From the NCBI GenBank assembly GCA_040290255.1, contig PSMU01000002.1, positions 94,045 to 158,044 of the forward strand: DNA of 64,000 nt, read 5' to 3'. Both the position numbers and the translations under genes were made by a program. How positions within the stretch are numbered: the stretch's first letter is position 1; each line of letters opens with the position of its first letter. The DNA is from Nitrososphaerota archaeon. GTDB taxonomy: Archaea; Thermoproteota; Nitrososphaeria; PSMU01. This document shows, piece by piece, positions 37,476-46,020 of the stretch. The notes under the pieces were generated by a model. The model was not told the origin of the DNA and did not search any database. It saw only the letters and a program-made list of their open reading frames with translations.

Positions 37476-38855
37476 ATGATCCCTGGAGCCGTGGAAAGAC
37501 TGCTGGCCGCCAGGAGGGGGCTAATGCCCCCCTCTTCGATGGCCGATTACCGAGCGGCCAGGAAGCTGGAGGCCGAGGGGGGCTGTGGGGTAGTTGGCTT
37601 CGCATCCACCAAGCCCCTGGAGGGCAGATACCTCTACAGGGCCCTGCACCAGATGAGAAATAGGGGCAACGGCAAGGGCGGCGGCATCGCGGCCGCGGGC
37701 CTGCTGCCCGAGGCCCTGGGCGTGGAGAGAAGGCTTATCGAGGAGGATTACATCCTTCAGGTCGCCTACCTGCGCGAGGAGGTTAGGGAGCGGGTGGAGG
37801 GCCTCGTCGCCTGTAGGTATGAGGTGGACCATGTGGAGAGGGTGAAGGAGGCTAAGCACTACACGGAGCTGGGGCTTGAAGTGAGGCCTCCTGCAGTTTA
37901 TCGGTATTATGTGAGGCCAAGGCAGGAGGAGCTTGAGCGCTTCGTGCAGGGCGCGGGCTTATACGAGCTGGAGCAGGATTACTGCTCGGATGAATTCGCC
38001 TACAGGACCTCGGTGGAGCTCAACAGAAGGTTCTATCATGAACTTCCTCCGTCCGAGAAGGCGGCCTTCGTGCTCAGCACGGGCAAGAACCTGCTCGTTT
38101 TCAAGCTCGTGGGCTATGGGCATCAGGTGGTGCAGTACTACGGCCTGGACCACTTCCCGGCACATGTATGGATAGGCCACCACCGGTATCCCACCAAGGG
38201 GCGCATCTGGCACCCCGGAGGTGCACACCCCTTCGTGGGCGTCCACGACGCGCTCGTGCACAACGGCGACTTCGCCAATTACCACGCCATTACCGAATAT
38301 CTTAGGCAGAGGGGCTATGCGCCGCTCTTTCATACGGACACGGAGGTGGCCATGCTGCTCTTTGACCTCTGGAGCAGGGTCTACCGCCTGCCGCTCGAAT
38401 ACGTGCTGGAGGCGATGGCGCCCACGTCGGAGAGGGACTTCCTGATGCTGCCCCCCGAAAGGCGCGCCGTCTATAGGCTTCTTCAGTACGCGACCATACA
38501 TGGCTCCCCCGATGGCCCCTGGTTCTTCATCATAGCCAGAAGCCTGCCCAGGCAGCGCCAGGTGCAGCTGCTGGGCATCACGGACACCTCCATGCTCAGG
38601 CCCCAGGTCTTCGCCCTGCTGGAGGATACGCTCAGCCTGGGCCTTATTGCCTCCGAAAAGCAGGCGATAGATGCCACGCTCTCCTCACTGCACGAGGACG
38701 CTAGAATAGCCAGCGCCGTGGCCGATGCCTATTGGTTTGCCCGCGGCGGCAGCCATACGGATGGAGGGGCCTTCGTCTTCTCCGTGGACCTGTCCTCACA
38801 GCCCGCCAGGCTGAGCTGTCGGAATAAGTTCGGCGAGGAGATAAGGGCGGGCTAG
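37476..38855 (+). CDS. Archaeal glutamate synthase domain 1 (class-II glutamine amidotransferase, GltB1)
   Basis: An Ntn nucleophile context GGCGVVGF at the mature N-terminus, then NRGNGKGGGIAA, and Ntn-amidotransferase spacing. Confidence 0.8.
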   Translation: MIPGAVERLLAARRGLMPPSSMADYRAARKLEAEGGCGVVGFASTKPLEGRYLYRALHQMRNRGNGKGGGIAAAGLLPEALGVERRLIEEDYILQVAYLREEVRERVEGLVACRYEVDHVERVKEAKHYTELGLEVRPPAVYRYYVRPRQEELERFVQGAGLYELEQDYCSDEFAYRTSVELNRRFYHELPPSEKAAFVLSTGKNLLVFKLVGYGHQVVQYYGLDHFPAHVWIGHHRYPTKGRIWHPGGAHPFVGVHDALVHNGDFANYHAITEYLRQRGYAPLFHTDTEVAMLLFDLWSRVYRLPLEYVLEAMAPTSERDFLMLPPERRAVYRLLQYATIHGSPDGPWFFIIARSLPRQRQVQLLGITDTSMLRPQVFALLEDTLSLGLIASEKQAIDATLSSLHEDARIASAVADAYWFARGGSHTDGGAFVFSVDLSSQPARLSCRNKFGEEIRAG

Positions 38856-38856
38856 C

Positions 38857-40020
38857 ATGGAACTCTCCGCGCGGGAGGCGAGGCGGCTCGCCTCCAGCCC
38901 CATGGCCGGGTTTGATACGCTGAAGACGGCGCTGGGGCAGATGGATGAAGGAGAGCTGGAGCATCTGCTGCGCGCGCTTTCCTCGCTCTTTAGGGAAGGG
39001 CAGCTTGAGAGGGAGGTGATAGAGCTCATGGGCCTGCTTCATGATATGCGCTATGCCTCTCCGATAAAGAGGAGCAGGAGGGTGACCATGATCAGGGAAG
39101 CGCTCTATTCCCTCCTCTCCTTCAGAAGGGAGGTCCCCAGCGCGGCCTACATTACGATAAAGAAGGGGGATGCCCTGCCCTCGCCCGAGGGAGGGGCGCG
39201 CACGCTCTGCATAAACGCGGAAGCCTACCCCTCGGAGGGGATCGACTCGCTGGCCAGCGAGGTGGTAAGGGCCTATGTGGCGGGATGGAGGAGCCTGCTC
39301 CTCTATGATGTGAGGGGCCAGAGGTTCATAGGCTCGGGCCTGGGCAAGGGCTCACACGGCCTCGTGCTGCACGTCTACGGCAGCCCCGGCGACTATCTGG
39401 CTTCGGGCCTCTGGGGGGCCCGCATAATATGCCACGACAGCGCGCAGGATCAGGTGGCGAACATCATGAAGGACGGCGAGCTCATCGTGTACGGCGATGC
39501 GGGCCAGGCGCTGCTTTACGCGGCCAAGGGAGGGGAGGTTTACATCATGGGCAAGGTCGCGGGCCGGCCCTACATCTTCACCGTCGGAAGCCCCAGGCTG
39601 ATCATAAACGAAACCGCGCTCGACTATCTTGGCGAGCAGTGCATGGCGGGCGACGCGCTGAATGGCGGTGGGTTCGTCATCGTGAACGGCGTGGAGCTAG
39701 CGCAGGACGGCAGCCTACGGGAGCTGGAGGAACCCTATCCTGGCTCCAACCTCTTCTCCCTCGCTTCGGGCGGCGCGGTCTACATCAGGGACCCCTATCG
39801 GCGCGTGGGCCAGGACCAGCTGAACGAGGGCATCATCACGGAGCTCAGGGCCCAGGACTGGGAGATGATCTTGCCCTACCTGCGAAGGAATGAGAAGCTC
39901 TTCGGGATAAGCCTTGACGCCCTGCTGATGGTGGATGGCAGGGAGAGAAGCTATCGGGAGGTCTACATCAAGGTGATGCCTAACCCCAAGTCGGAAAAGC
40001 TCAAGGCCACTAGGCACTAG
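38857..40020 (+). CDS. Archaeal glutamate synthase domain 3 (GXGXG beta-helix, GltB3)
   Basis: Repeated G-x-G-x-G rungs (IGSGLGKGSHGLVLHVYGSPGDYLASGLWGARI; VYGDAGQALLYAAKGGEVYIMG) typical of the GOGAT alpha-subunit C-terminal domain. Confidence 0.75.
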   Translation: MELSAREARRLASSPMAGFDTLKTALGQMDEGELEHLLRALSSLFREGQLEREVIELMGLLHDMRYASPIKRSRRVTMIREALYSLLSFRREVPSAAYITIKKGDALPSPEGGARTLCINAEAYPSEGIDSLASEVVRAYVAGWRSLLLYDVRGQRFIGSGLGKGSHGLVLHVYGSPGDYLASGLWGARIICHDSAQDQVANIMKDGELIVYGDAGQALLYAAKGGEVYIMGKVAGRPYIFTVGSPRLIINETALDYLGEQCMAGDALNGGGFVIVNGVELAQDGSLRELEEPYPGSNLFSLASGGAVYIRDPYRRVGQDQLNEGIITELRAQDWEMILPYLRRNEKLFGISLDALLMVDGRERSYREVYIKVMPNPKSEKLKATRH

Positions 40021-40042
40021 CCAGGCCTTCCCATCCCTCGGC

Positions 40043-40450
40043 CTAGCGCAGGATGGCGAAGAGAAGGGCCCAGAGGGTGGCCACGGCGGCGGCGCTGATG
40101 GCAAAGGCCCAGAGCGCAGCCCTTCTTTGGTCCACCTGCACCGCGGCCGCGGGGGTCGAGGCGGGCGTGGGCTGAGGCACGGGAGAGGGAGGAGTAGCCA
40201 CCTGTCCGCCGTTGCCGCCGTCGTGCTCCGCGGGGGCCCGCGCGCCCTCCTGCTGGGGTCCCTCGTGCACTCTACCCCCTCCGTTGCCCGAGTAGTTCTT
40301 CAGCAGCTCCTGCAGGGCCTGGTCGATGGTCATGCCCCTTTCCTGGGCGAACCTGAGCACCTGCTCCTTTGTCTGTACCTTCACGTAGAGGGAGGACCTA
40401 TCCCTGGTTGGCACGTTCCTTTGTGGATGTATGCGCTTATATGGGCCCAA
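40043..40450 (-). CDS. Tail-anchored ribbon-helix-helix-like protein
   Basis: 135 aa. An N-terminal RHH-like SLYVKVQTKEQVLRFAQERGMTIDQALQELL, a Gly/Pro-rich low-complexity linker, and a single C-terminal TM helix (ALWAFAISAAAVATLWALLFAIL). Confidence 0.4.
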   Translation of the reverse strand: MGPYKRIHPQRNVPTRDRSSLYVKVQTKEQVLRFAQERGMTIDQALQELLKNYSGNGGGRVHEGPQQEGARAPAEHDGGNGGQVATPPSPVPQPTPASTPAAAVQVDQRRAALWAFAISAAAVATLWALLFAILR

Positions 40451-40553
40451 GGCCAGGCCAGCTGAGCAAACGGTCTAAGCCGCTAGAGCTTCGTGCGTCC
40501 CGTGGGCCGGGAGAGGTTATTTAATAGTGCCGCCAAGCAAGCCATGGGGCGAG

Positions 40554-41909
40554 ATGGAGCTAGGGGAGCTGCGCCGCAGCTTTGAGGAAAGCTTCGCCAA
40601 GGACCTCAGGGAGTTTTGCTCTTATCCCACCATATCGGCCGAGGGGAGGGGTCTCGAGGAGTGCGCCGCCTATCTTAAGGATAGGTTCGCACGCGCGGGC
40701 TTCTCCTCCCGGCTGCTCAGGTTAAATGGGGCGCCGCCGCTGGTGCTCGCCGAGGCCAAGGGGCGCACGGACTTCACGCTGGTCCTCTACAACCACTATG
40801 ACGTCCAGCCGGTGGACCCGCTGAACGAATGGGCCTCTGATCCCTTCAAGCTCAGGGAGGAGGGAGGGCGCCTCTATGCCAGGGGCATCGCCGACGATAA
40901 GGGGGACCTCATGGCCAGGCTCCATGCAGCTGAGATGGTGATGCGCAGGGGAGAGCTGCCGTTGACGCTGAGGTTCGTCGTGGAGGGCGAAGAGGAGGTC
41001 GGCAGCACCAGGCTCTCGGAATACGTGGCGCGCTACGGCGAGCTCATGAAGGGGGACCTCTGCCTCTGGGAGGGGGCCGACATGACGGCGCAGGGCCGGC
41101 CCCAGCTCTATTTTGGCGTGAAGGGCCTTCTCTATGTGGAGCTCAGGCTGGAGACGGCCTCCAAGGACCAACACTCCATGCTTGCGGCCATCTCACCCAA
41201 TCCCGCCTGGAAGCTGGTATGGCTGCTGGCCCACCTTAAATCCGCCGATGAGCGCGTTCACCTGCCCGGCTTCTATGATGACGTGGTGCCGCTCACGCCG
41301 CAGGAGAGGGAGGCCCTGGCCCAGAACGAATTTGATCCCGAGCAGCTTAGGAGCGATATAGGCGCATATTCGCTTTTGCCCTACTCCACGCCGCTCGAGG
41401 TGGCCGAGGCCTTCTGCGCCAAGCCCACCTGTAATATCGCGGGGCTCTATTCGGGCTACATGGGCAAGGGCTCGAAGACCGTGCTGCCCAGGCTCGCGGG
41501 GGCCAAGATAGACTTTCGGCTGGTGCCCAACCAGAGGCCCGAGAAGGTCCTTGAGGCCCTGAAGAGGTACGTCAAGGAGCTCGGCTATGGCGACGTGGAG
41601 ATAATAGCCCACAACGGGGAGCTCCCCGCGAGGGTGCCCATGGACCATCCCTACGTGCGCCCGCTCATCGAGGCGGCGGAGCAGGTATATGATAGGAGGC
41701 CCAACCTGTGGCCCAGCATGGCGGGCACGGGCCCCATGGCCCTGTTCGTGCACGAGCTCGGCCTCCCCTCCATAATGGCCCCCAGCGTCTCTTATTCGGG
41801 CTCCGGCTATCACGCGCCGAACGAGCACGTGCTCGTGGACCACTATCTGCTGGCCGTGGCCTACCACATGAAGGTCTTTGAGGGGCTGGGCAGGCTCAGG
41901 GGCGCTTAG
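40554..41909 (+). CDS. M20-family metallopeptidase (dipeptidase/ArgE/DapE-like)
   Basis: LYNHYDVQPVDPLNEW, GIADDKGDL, and the EGEEEVGS metal-ligand region. ATG 40554 is preferred over GTG 40527 because TATA-like ggttatttaatag sits about 30 nt upstream. Confidence 0.8.
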   Translation: MELGELRRSFEESFAKDLREFCSYPTISAEGRGLEECAAYLKDRFARAGFSSRLLRLNGAPPLVLAEAKGRTDFTLVLYNHYDVQPVDPLNEWASDPFKLREEGGRLYARGIADDKGDLMARLHAAEMVMRRGELPLTLRFVVEGEEEVGSTRLSEYVARYGELMKGDLCLWEGADMTAQGRPQLYFGVKGLLYVELRLETASKDQHSMLAAISPNPAWKLVWLLAHLKSADERVHLPGFYDDVVPLTPQEREALAQNEFDPEQLRSDIGAYSLLPYSTPLEVAEAFCAKPTCNIAGLYSGYMGKGSKTVLPRLAGAKIDFRLVPNQRPEKVLEALKRYVKELGYGDVEIIAHNGELPARVPMDHPYVRPLIEAAEQVYDRRPNLWPSMAGTGPMALFVHELGLPSIMAPSVSYSGSGYHAPNEHVLVDHYLLAVAYHMKVFEGLGRLRGA

Positions 41910-42434
41910 CTAACGCGCCAAGCTCGCGGATACGGCTATGGGCTTCGAAAGGCTATAGACGGCGGGGCAGCGCTCCTTTGCTAGGCGCAGGGCCTCGCTC
42001 AAATCCCTGCCGTCCTCGGCCTCGGCCTCCACGACGAACTCAACGCCTCGGTTGATGGGGGCGTCCTCCAGGCCCAGCACGGGCCTAAAGTCGATCTCGC
42101 AGCTCACGTGAACCCTAGCCCTCCTAAGGCGTATGCCCATCTCCGAGCACGTGCCCACGAAGGTGCTCAGGAAACAGGAGGCCAGCCCCGCGAGGCAGAG
42201 CTGCAGGGGGCCCGGGTGCGTGCCCCTTCCGCCCAGAAAGGCGGGCGACTCCGCCTCGATGGTGCTGGAGCCCTTCTCGTAGGTCAGGGAGGCCAGGAAC
42301 TGCGGCGGCTCCTGGGCCTGCACCCTCCATTCGCCCGAGATGCTAAGCCGCTTCAGCAGCGCCCGAGGGTTTTCCTTCGCCTCCTCCCTGGCCCTCCTCA
42401 GCGCCTCAAGGTCCACGTTGTTCACGAGCGCCAT
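41910..42434 (-). CDS. OsmC/Ohr-family peroxiredoxin-like protein
   Basis: Conserved Cys pair context GPLQLCLAGLASCF...ERCPV. The start at MALVNNVDLEAL is chosen by analogy to OsmC N-termini. Alternative starts are 9-15 nt upstream. Confidence 0.8.
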   Translation of the reverse strand: MALVNNVDLEALRRAREEAKENPRALLKRLSISGEWRVQAQEPPQFLASLTYEKGSSTIEAESPAFLGGRGTHPGPLQLCLAGLASCFLSTFVGTCSEMGIRLRRARVHVSCEIDFRPVLGLEDAPINRGVEFVVEAEAEDGRDLSEALRLAKERCPAVYSLSKPIAVSASLAR

Positions 42435-42482
42435 GCGGGGCATCGGCATCAGGGCCTTATAGCGCTTAGGCAGGGGAAGGGC

Positions 42483-43043
42483 GTGGGGCCATGGCACAAA
42501 GCTCCCTGGCTGCTCTCCGGCTACGCGGCGGCGCTCGTTTACTGGTCCTTCACGCTGGCCTCCGTTTTGGCCAACCCCTGGTTTAGCTTCCTCTCCAACG
42601 CGCTGAGCGACCTAGGAGGCCCGCTAGCCCAGCGCCCGGAGCTATACAACATGGGGCTCATCGCCGCGGGGCTCCTGACGGGCCTGTATTCGGTGGCCAT
42701 CATCTTCTATGGGCGCGGGAAGCTGGAGGCGCTCGGAGGGGCCTACCTCTCGGTGGCCTCAGCCTTCTTGGCCCTCATAGGCCTCTTTCCCGCGGGCACA
42801 CGGCCGCACGTCTTCATCTCGACGTACTTCTTCGTGCAGGCCTTCGTGGCGGTGCTGGTGCTGGCCGTGGCCCTGCTCAGGAGGCGAATGCGGGCGGGCC
42901 TCCTGCTGCTCCTGCTCTTCGCCATGGCCTTCGCGGGAGCGCTGGTGCGGTGGCCCTCCGTGGCGCTCGAGGAGTCTTACGAAATAGTCCTTCTCATCGC
43001 CTTCGTGGCTATATATAACCGCGCCGCGGCCTCCCGTCCATGA
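42483..43043 (+). CDS. Integral membrane protein (DUF998-like, about 6 TM)
   Basis: GTG start in the frame of ORF 42108. About 186 aa of hydrophobic helices (WLLSGYAAALVYW...; FISTYFFVQAFVAVLVLAVALL). Confidence 0.5.
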   Translation: MGPWHKAPWLLSGYAAALVYWSFTLASVLANPWFSFLSNALSDLGGPLAQRPELYNMGLIAAGLLTGLYSVAIIFYGRGKLEALGGAYLSVASAFLALIGLFPAGTRPHVFISTYFFVQAFVAVLVLAVALLRRRMRAGLLLLLLFAMAFAGALVRWPSVALEESYEIVLLIAFVAIYNRAAASRP

Positions 43044-43090
43044 AGTCAGGTGCAAAAAGTTTCTATTAGCGAGTATATTTTGTGAGGAGC

Positions 43091-43105
43091 GCAGGCTTAT
43101 CAAGG
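43091..43105 (+). promoter_or_regulatory. Putative TATA box for gene 43128
   Basis: gagtatattttgtga about 30 nt upstream of ATG 43128. Confidence 0.3.
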
Positions 43106-43127
43106 CCCAGGCCGCTTCCTGCGCTAC

Positions 43128-43862
43128 ATGAGGATCTTTGAGGTGGGCGTCTGGCGCCGCGATGCCCCACATGATATTATGCTGGCCTACGTAAAGGCCG
43201 CGGACCAGCATGAAGCGCTGGAGAAGATAAGGAGCATGCTGGGCGTGCGCGCGGGAAGGAAGAGGCTCGGCCTGGTGCTCATAAAGGGCTTCTCAGCAAA
43301 GGAGTGGGAGGAGATGGGCATGAAGCCCGCGCTGGGCAAGCCCGAGCCCGCGCTCGTGTCGCTAATTGAGGAGAATATCCGGCTCAGGCAGGTGGTGCAA
43401 GAGTTGAGGCATGCCCTTAGGAAGAGAAGCCCGGCGCGGGGAAGCGCGCTGGGGCTGGAGGAGGAGGAGAGCCTTGCCGCGCTCTTCAGGCGGGAGCTTT
43501 GGGCCAGGATCAGGAGGGAGCCCACGCTACCCGAGCTGAACGAGCTCGAGATGGTGCTGGAAGACCTGAAGAAGAGACAGGTTGCGTACACGGAGGCGAG
43601 GGAGCATGTCATAAAGCTCGCGGAGCAGCTGGAGCAGAGGGAGCTGGCCAGGGAGATAGAGCTGCCTCGCAGCACCAAGGAGGCGAGCAGAACTAGGTTT
43701 GATGTGGGGGATATGGTAGTGCACAAGAGGCTGGGCAGGGCTGAGGTGCTGGCCGTATGGCAGGATGAGGAGGAGGGCACCGTGTATTGGGTGGGCGTTT
43801 ACATTAAGGGCCTTGGCGCGGCCATCATAGAGGCCGCGGAGCACGAGCTGGAAAAGGCCTAG
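43128..43862 (+). CDS. Hypothetical coiled-coil protein with small C-terminal beta domain
   Basis: 244 aa. A central charged heptad-like region (ELNELEMVLEDLKKRQVAYTEAREHVIKLAEQLEQRELAREIEL) and a C-terminal FDVGDMVVHKRLGRAEVLAV...TVYWVGV. Confidence 0.5.
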   Translation: MRIFEVGVWRRDAPHDIMLAYVKAADQHEALEKIRSMLGVRAGRKRLGLVLIKGFSAKEWEEMGMKPALGKPEPALVSLIEENIRLRQVVQELRHALRKRSPARGSALGLEEEESLAALFRRELWARIRREPTLPELNELEMVLEDLKKRQVAYTEAREHVIKLAEQLEQRELAREIELPRSTKEASRTRFDVGDMVVHKRLGRAEVLAVWQDEEEGTVYWVGVYIKGLGAAIIEAAEHELEKA

Positions 43863-43929
43863 CCACGGACCCTCTTGGCCTCGCCTTCTAGGGCGAGAGC
43901 GTTAAAGCAGGCCATCGCCACGGCGTGAT

Positions 43930-44838
43930 ATGGAGCTGGCCGCCCTAGGGGAAGAGGCCAGACGGGCCTCCCCTGAGCTGTACAGGGACCTGCTGGAGAG
44001 CGCCGGCAGGCTCCTCAGGCCCACCCTGCTGGAGCTACAGGCAAGAAGGGCTTACGTGCTGGGCGACCTCCACGGCGACCTTGAGAGCCTCGTGAAGCTT
44101 CTCGAAGGCCTGGGCCTGGAGGAAGAGGGCACCCTGCTCATCCTCCTGGGCGACTTTGTGGATAGGGGGCCTGAGCAGGTCGAGCTGCTCTACTTGCTTC
44201 TCAGGCTGAAGTTACAGCTACCTAACAGAATCGTCTTGCTGAGGGGGAACCATGAGGGACCGCCCTGGCTGCCCGTCTTCCCCCACGACTTTCCGGACAG
44301 GCTGGCACGGCGTTATGGCGCTGCGGCCGGCGAGCTCTACCAGAAGTGCGTGGAGCTCTTTGACGCCCTCCCTCACGCCTGCCGCCTGGGCGATGTGCTC
44401 CTCCTGCACGGCGGGCTGCCCCACAGGGCCAGGAGGCTCGAGGAGTTAAGGAACCCCGAGCCGGAGGTCCTCGAAGAGCTCCTCTGGAACGACCCCAGCG
44501 AAGAAGTGGCTTGGGCGGAGCCCTCCCCTAGGGGGGCCGGCTACCTTTTCGGCCGAGCGGTTACGGAGCGATTTTTCGCTGAGAACGACCTGCGCCTCTT
44601 GGTAAGGGGCCATGAGCCCTGTGAAGGGTTCAAGGTCAACCACCGAGGCTCTGTGCTTACGCTCTTTTCAAGGCTGGGCCCGCCCTACTACAATGCGAGG
44701 GCCGCCCTGCTCGACTTGGTCCTTCAGGGAGGGCGCCTGGCTATCGATGAAAGCCGGTTGAGGCTGCTCGAGCAGGACAGGGGGGTTGAAGAAAGGAGAT
44801 GGGTCGCGCTACGGCCTCTCCTGAAGCAGCAGGAATAG
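43930..44838 (+). CDS. PPP-family serine/threonine protein phosphatase (calcineurin-like metallophosphoesterase)
   Basis: Canonical motifs GDLHGD, GDFVDRG, and GNHE with downstream His residues. Confidence 0.8.
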   Translation: MELAALGEEARRASPELYRDLLESAGRLLRPTLLELQARRAYVLGDLHGDLESLVKLLEGLGLEEEGTLLILLGDFVDRGPEQVELLYLLLRLKLQLPNRIVLLRGNHEGPPWLPVFPHDFPDRLARRYGAAAGELYQKCVELFDALPHACRLGDVLLLHGGLPHRARRLEELRNPEPEVLEELLWNDPSEEVAWAEPSPRGAGYLFGRAVTERFFAENDLRLLVRGHEPCEGFKVNHRGSVLTLFSRLGPPYYNARAALLDLVLQGGRLAIDESRLRLLEQDRGVEERRWVALRPLLKQQE

Positions 44839-45216
44839 CCCCTTCTGTTCGGAAAAGGACCTGATAGCCCTGTGAGAGGTGGTCAGGATGCCCAGCTCTA
44901 CGAAGGGATGCACGCGCGCTTCCAGCAGATGCCCTGCCAGGGCCCTGTAGTCGCGGCCCGCGAGCGTGGCGTGCAGGTGCACGTGGGGCTCGCCATCCAG
45001 CAGCGCGGCATTGCCCAGAAGGGAGACCAGCTCCAGCTGCTCCTCCAGCTCCCTCTCGACATATGACCTGGACGAGAAGTCAAAGTACCCCAGCTTGGCC
45101 CTTGATAGGCCACCGATGCCAAACAGAAGGGCGCCCTGCACCTTCAGCTCGGACAGCAGGCGCTTTACATGTGAGTGAAGATCCGCCCCCTCGGGCACCC
45201 TGATAAGGTAGGCCAT
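44809..45216 (-). CDS. PPC/DUF296-domain protein
   Basis: MAYLIRVPEGADLHSHVKRL...GALLFGIGGLSRAKLGYFD...LLGNAALLDGEPHVHLHATLA matches the PPC domain layout. An internal ATG was chosen as start. Confidence 0.6.
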   Translation of the reverse strand: MAYLIRVPEGADLHSHVKRLLSELKVQGALLFGIGGLSRAKLGYFDFSSRSYVERELEEQLELVSLLGNAALLDGEPHVHLHATLAGRDYRALAGHLLEARVHPFVELGILTTSHRAIRSFSEQKGLFLLLQERP

Positions 45217-45241
45217 GTCCGAGGGCCCCTCTTTCAACTCC

Positions 45242-45703
45242 TTAACCCTTCTCCTCCCAGCCCGGCACGATCGAGCCCTCCTTCCACACGCGGAAGACGG
45301 GGATGATCTGGTTTACTGTGATGGCCCCCGCCCCCTTGACCGCCTGCCCTATAAGCGCTCCCAGCTCCTCAAGGCTGCGGGCCCTAACTTTGATCAGCAG
45401 GTCGCCCATGCTGTGGACGCCGTGCACCTCCAGCACATTATCATGCTGCGAGAGCCTCGAGGCGACCTCCTGAACGTCGCCCCTGACCGACAGGAGCGCG
45501 AAGGCGAGCACCGGCAGGCCCAGCCTCTCGGCGTTCAGGTCAACGGTGAAGCGAGTTATGATGCCCGCGCCCACCAGCCTCTTCACGCGATGCCTGATGG
45601 TCCCCTCCGCCACGCCCAGCTCCTTCGCCAGCCTCACGAAGGGCCTTATGCAGTTCTCCTTTAGTTTCCTCAGGATCTTTAGGTCGAGCTCGTCCAAGAG
45701 CAT
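45242..45703 (-). CDS. Lrp/AsnC-family transcriptional regulator
   Basis: N-terminal HTH LDLKILRKLKENCIRPFVRLAKELGVAEGTIRHRVKRL and a C-terminal RAM domain. TATA-like aatcatttttaga sits about 25 nt upstream of ATG 45703. Confidence 0.85.
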   Translation of the reverse strand: MLLDELDLKILRKLKENCIRPFVRLAKELGVAEGTIRHRVKRLVGAGIITRFTVDLNAERLGLPVLAFALLSVRGDVQEVASRLSQHDNVLEVHGVHSMGDLLIKVRARSLEELGALIGQAVKGAGAITVNQIIPVFRVWKEGSIVPGWEEKG

Positions 45704-45787
45704 GTTGCAGAAATCGTAAGGCTCTCTAAAAATGATTACGAAAAACATAAATAGGGGCGCCCTTTCTTAGGAAACAGGTGATCCGAA

Positions 45788-46006
45788 ATGAGGACCTGGG
45801 TCATGGTCCTGGGTTGGATCGGAGTCGTCTTGGGCCTCGTCCTTTGGGCCCTGGGCTTCGCCAACGTGGGCCCTAGGCTGGCCCTTGAGCTGACGGGCCT
45901 TCTGCTGCTGGTGCTAGGGGCGGCCACCGAGGGCTACTACTTCGGCGCCCGCCGATACTCGAGGCAGGCGGAGGCCAGGGCTCCGAGGACTGGAGGCACC
46001 ACCTAA
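45788..46006 (+). CDS. Small two-TM membrane protein
   Basis: 72 aa with two hydrophobic helices. aacataaatagg TATA-like at about -30. Confidence 0.35.
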   Translation: MRTWVMVLGWIGVVLGLVLWALGFANVGPRLALELTGLLLLVLGAATEGYYFGARRYSRQAEARAPRTGGTT

Positions 46007-46020
46007 GCCTCTTTTTTGCG

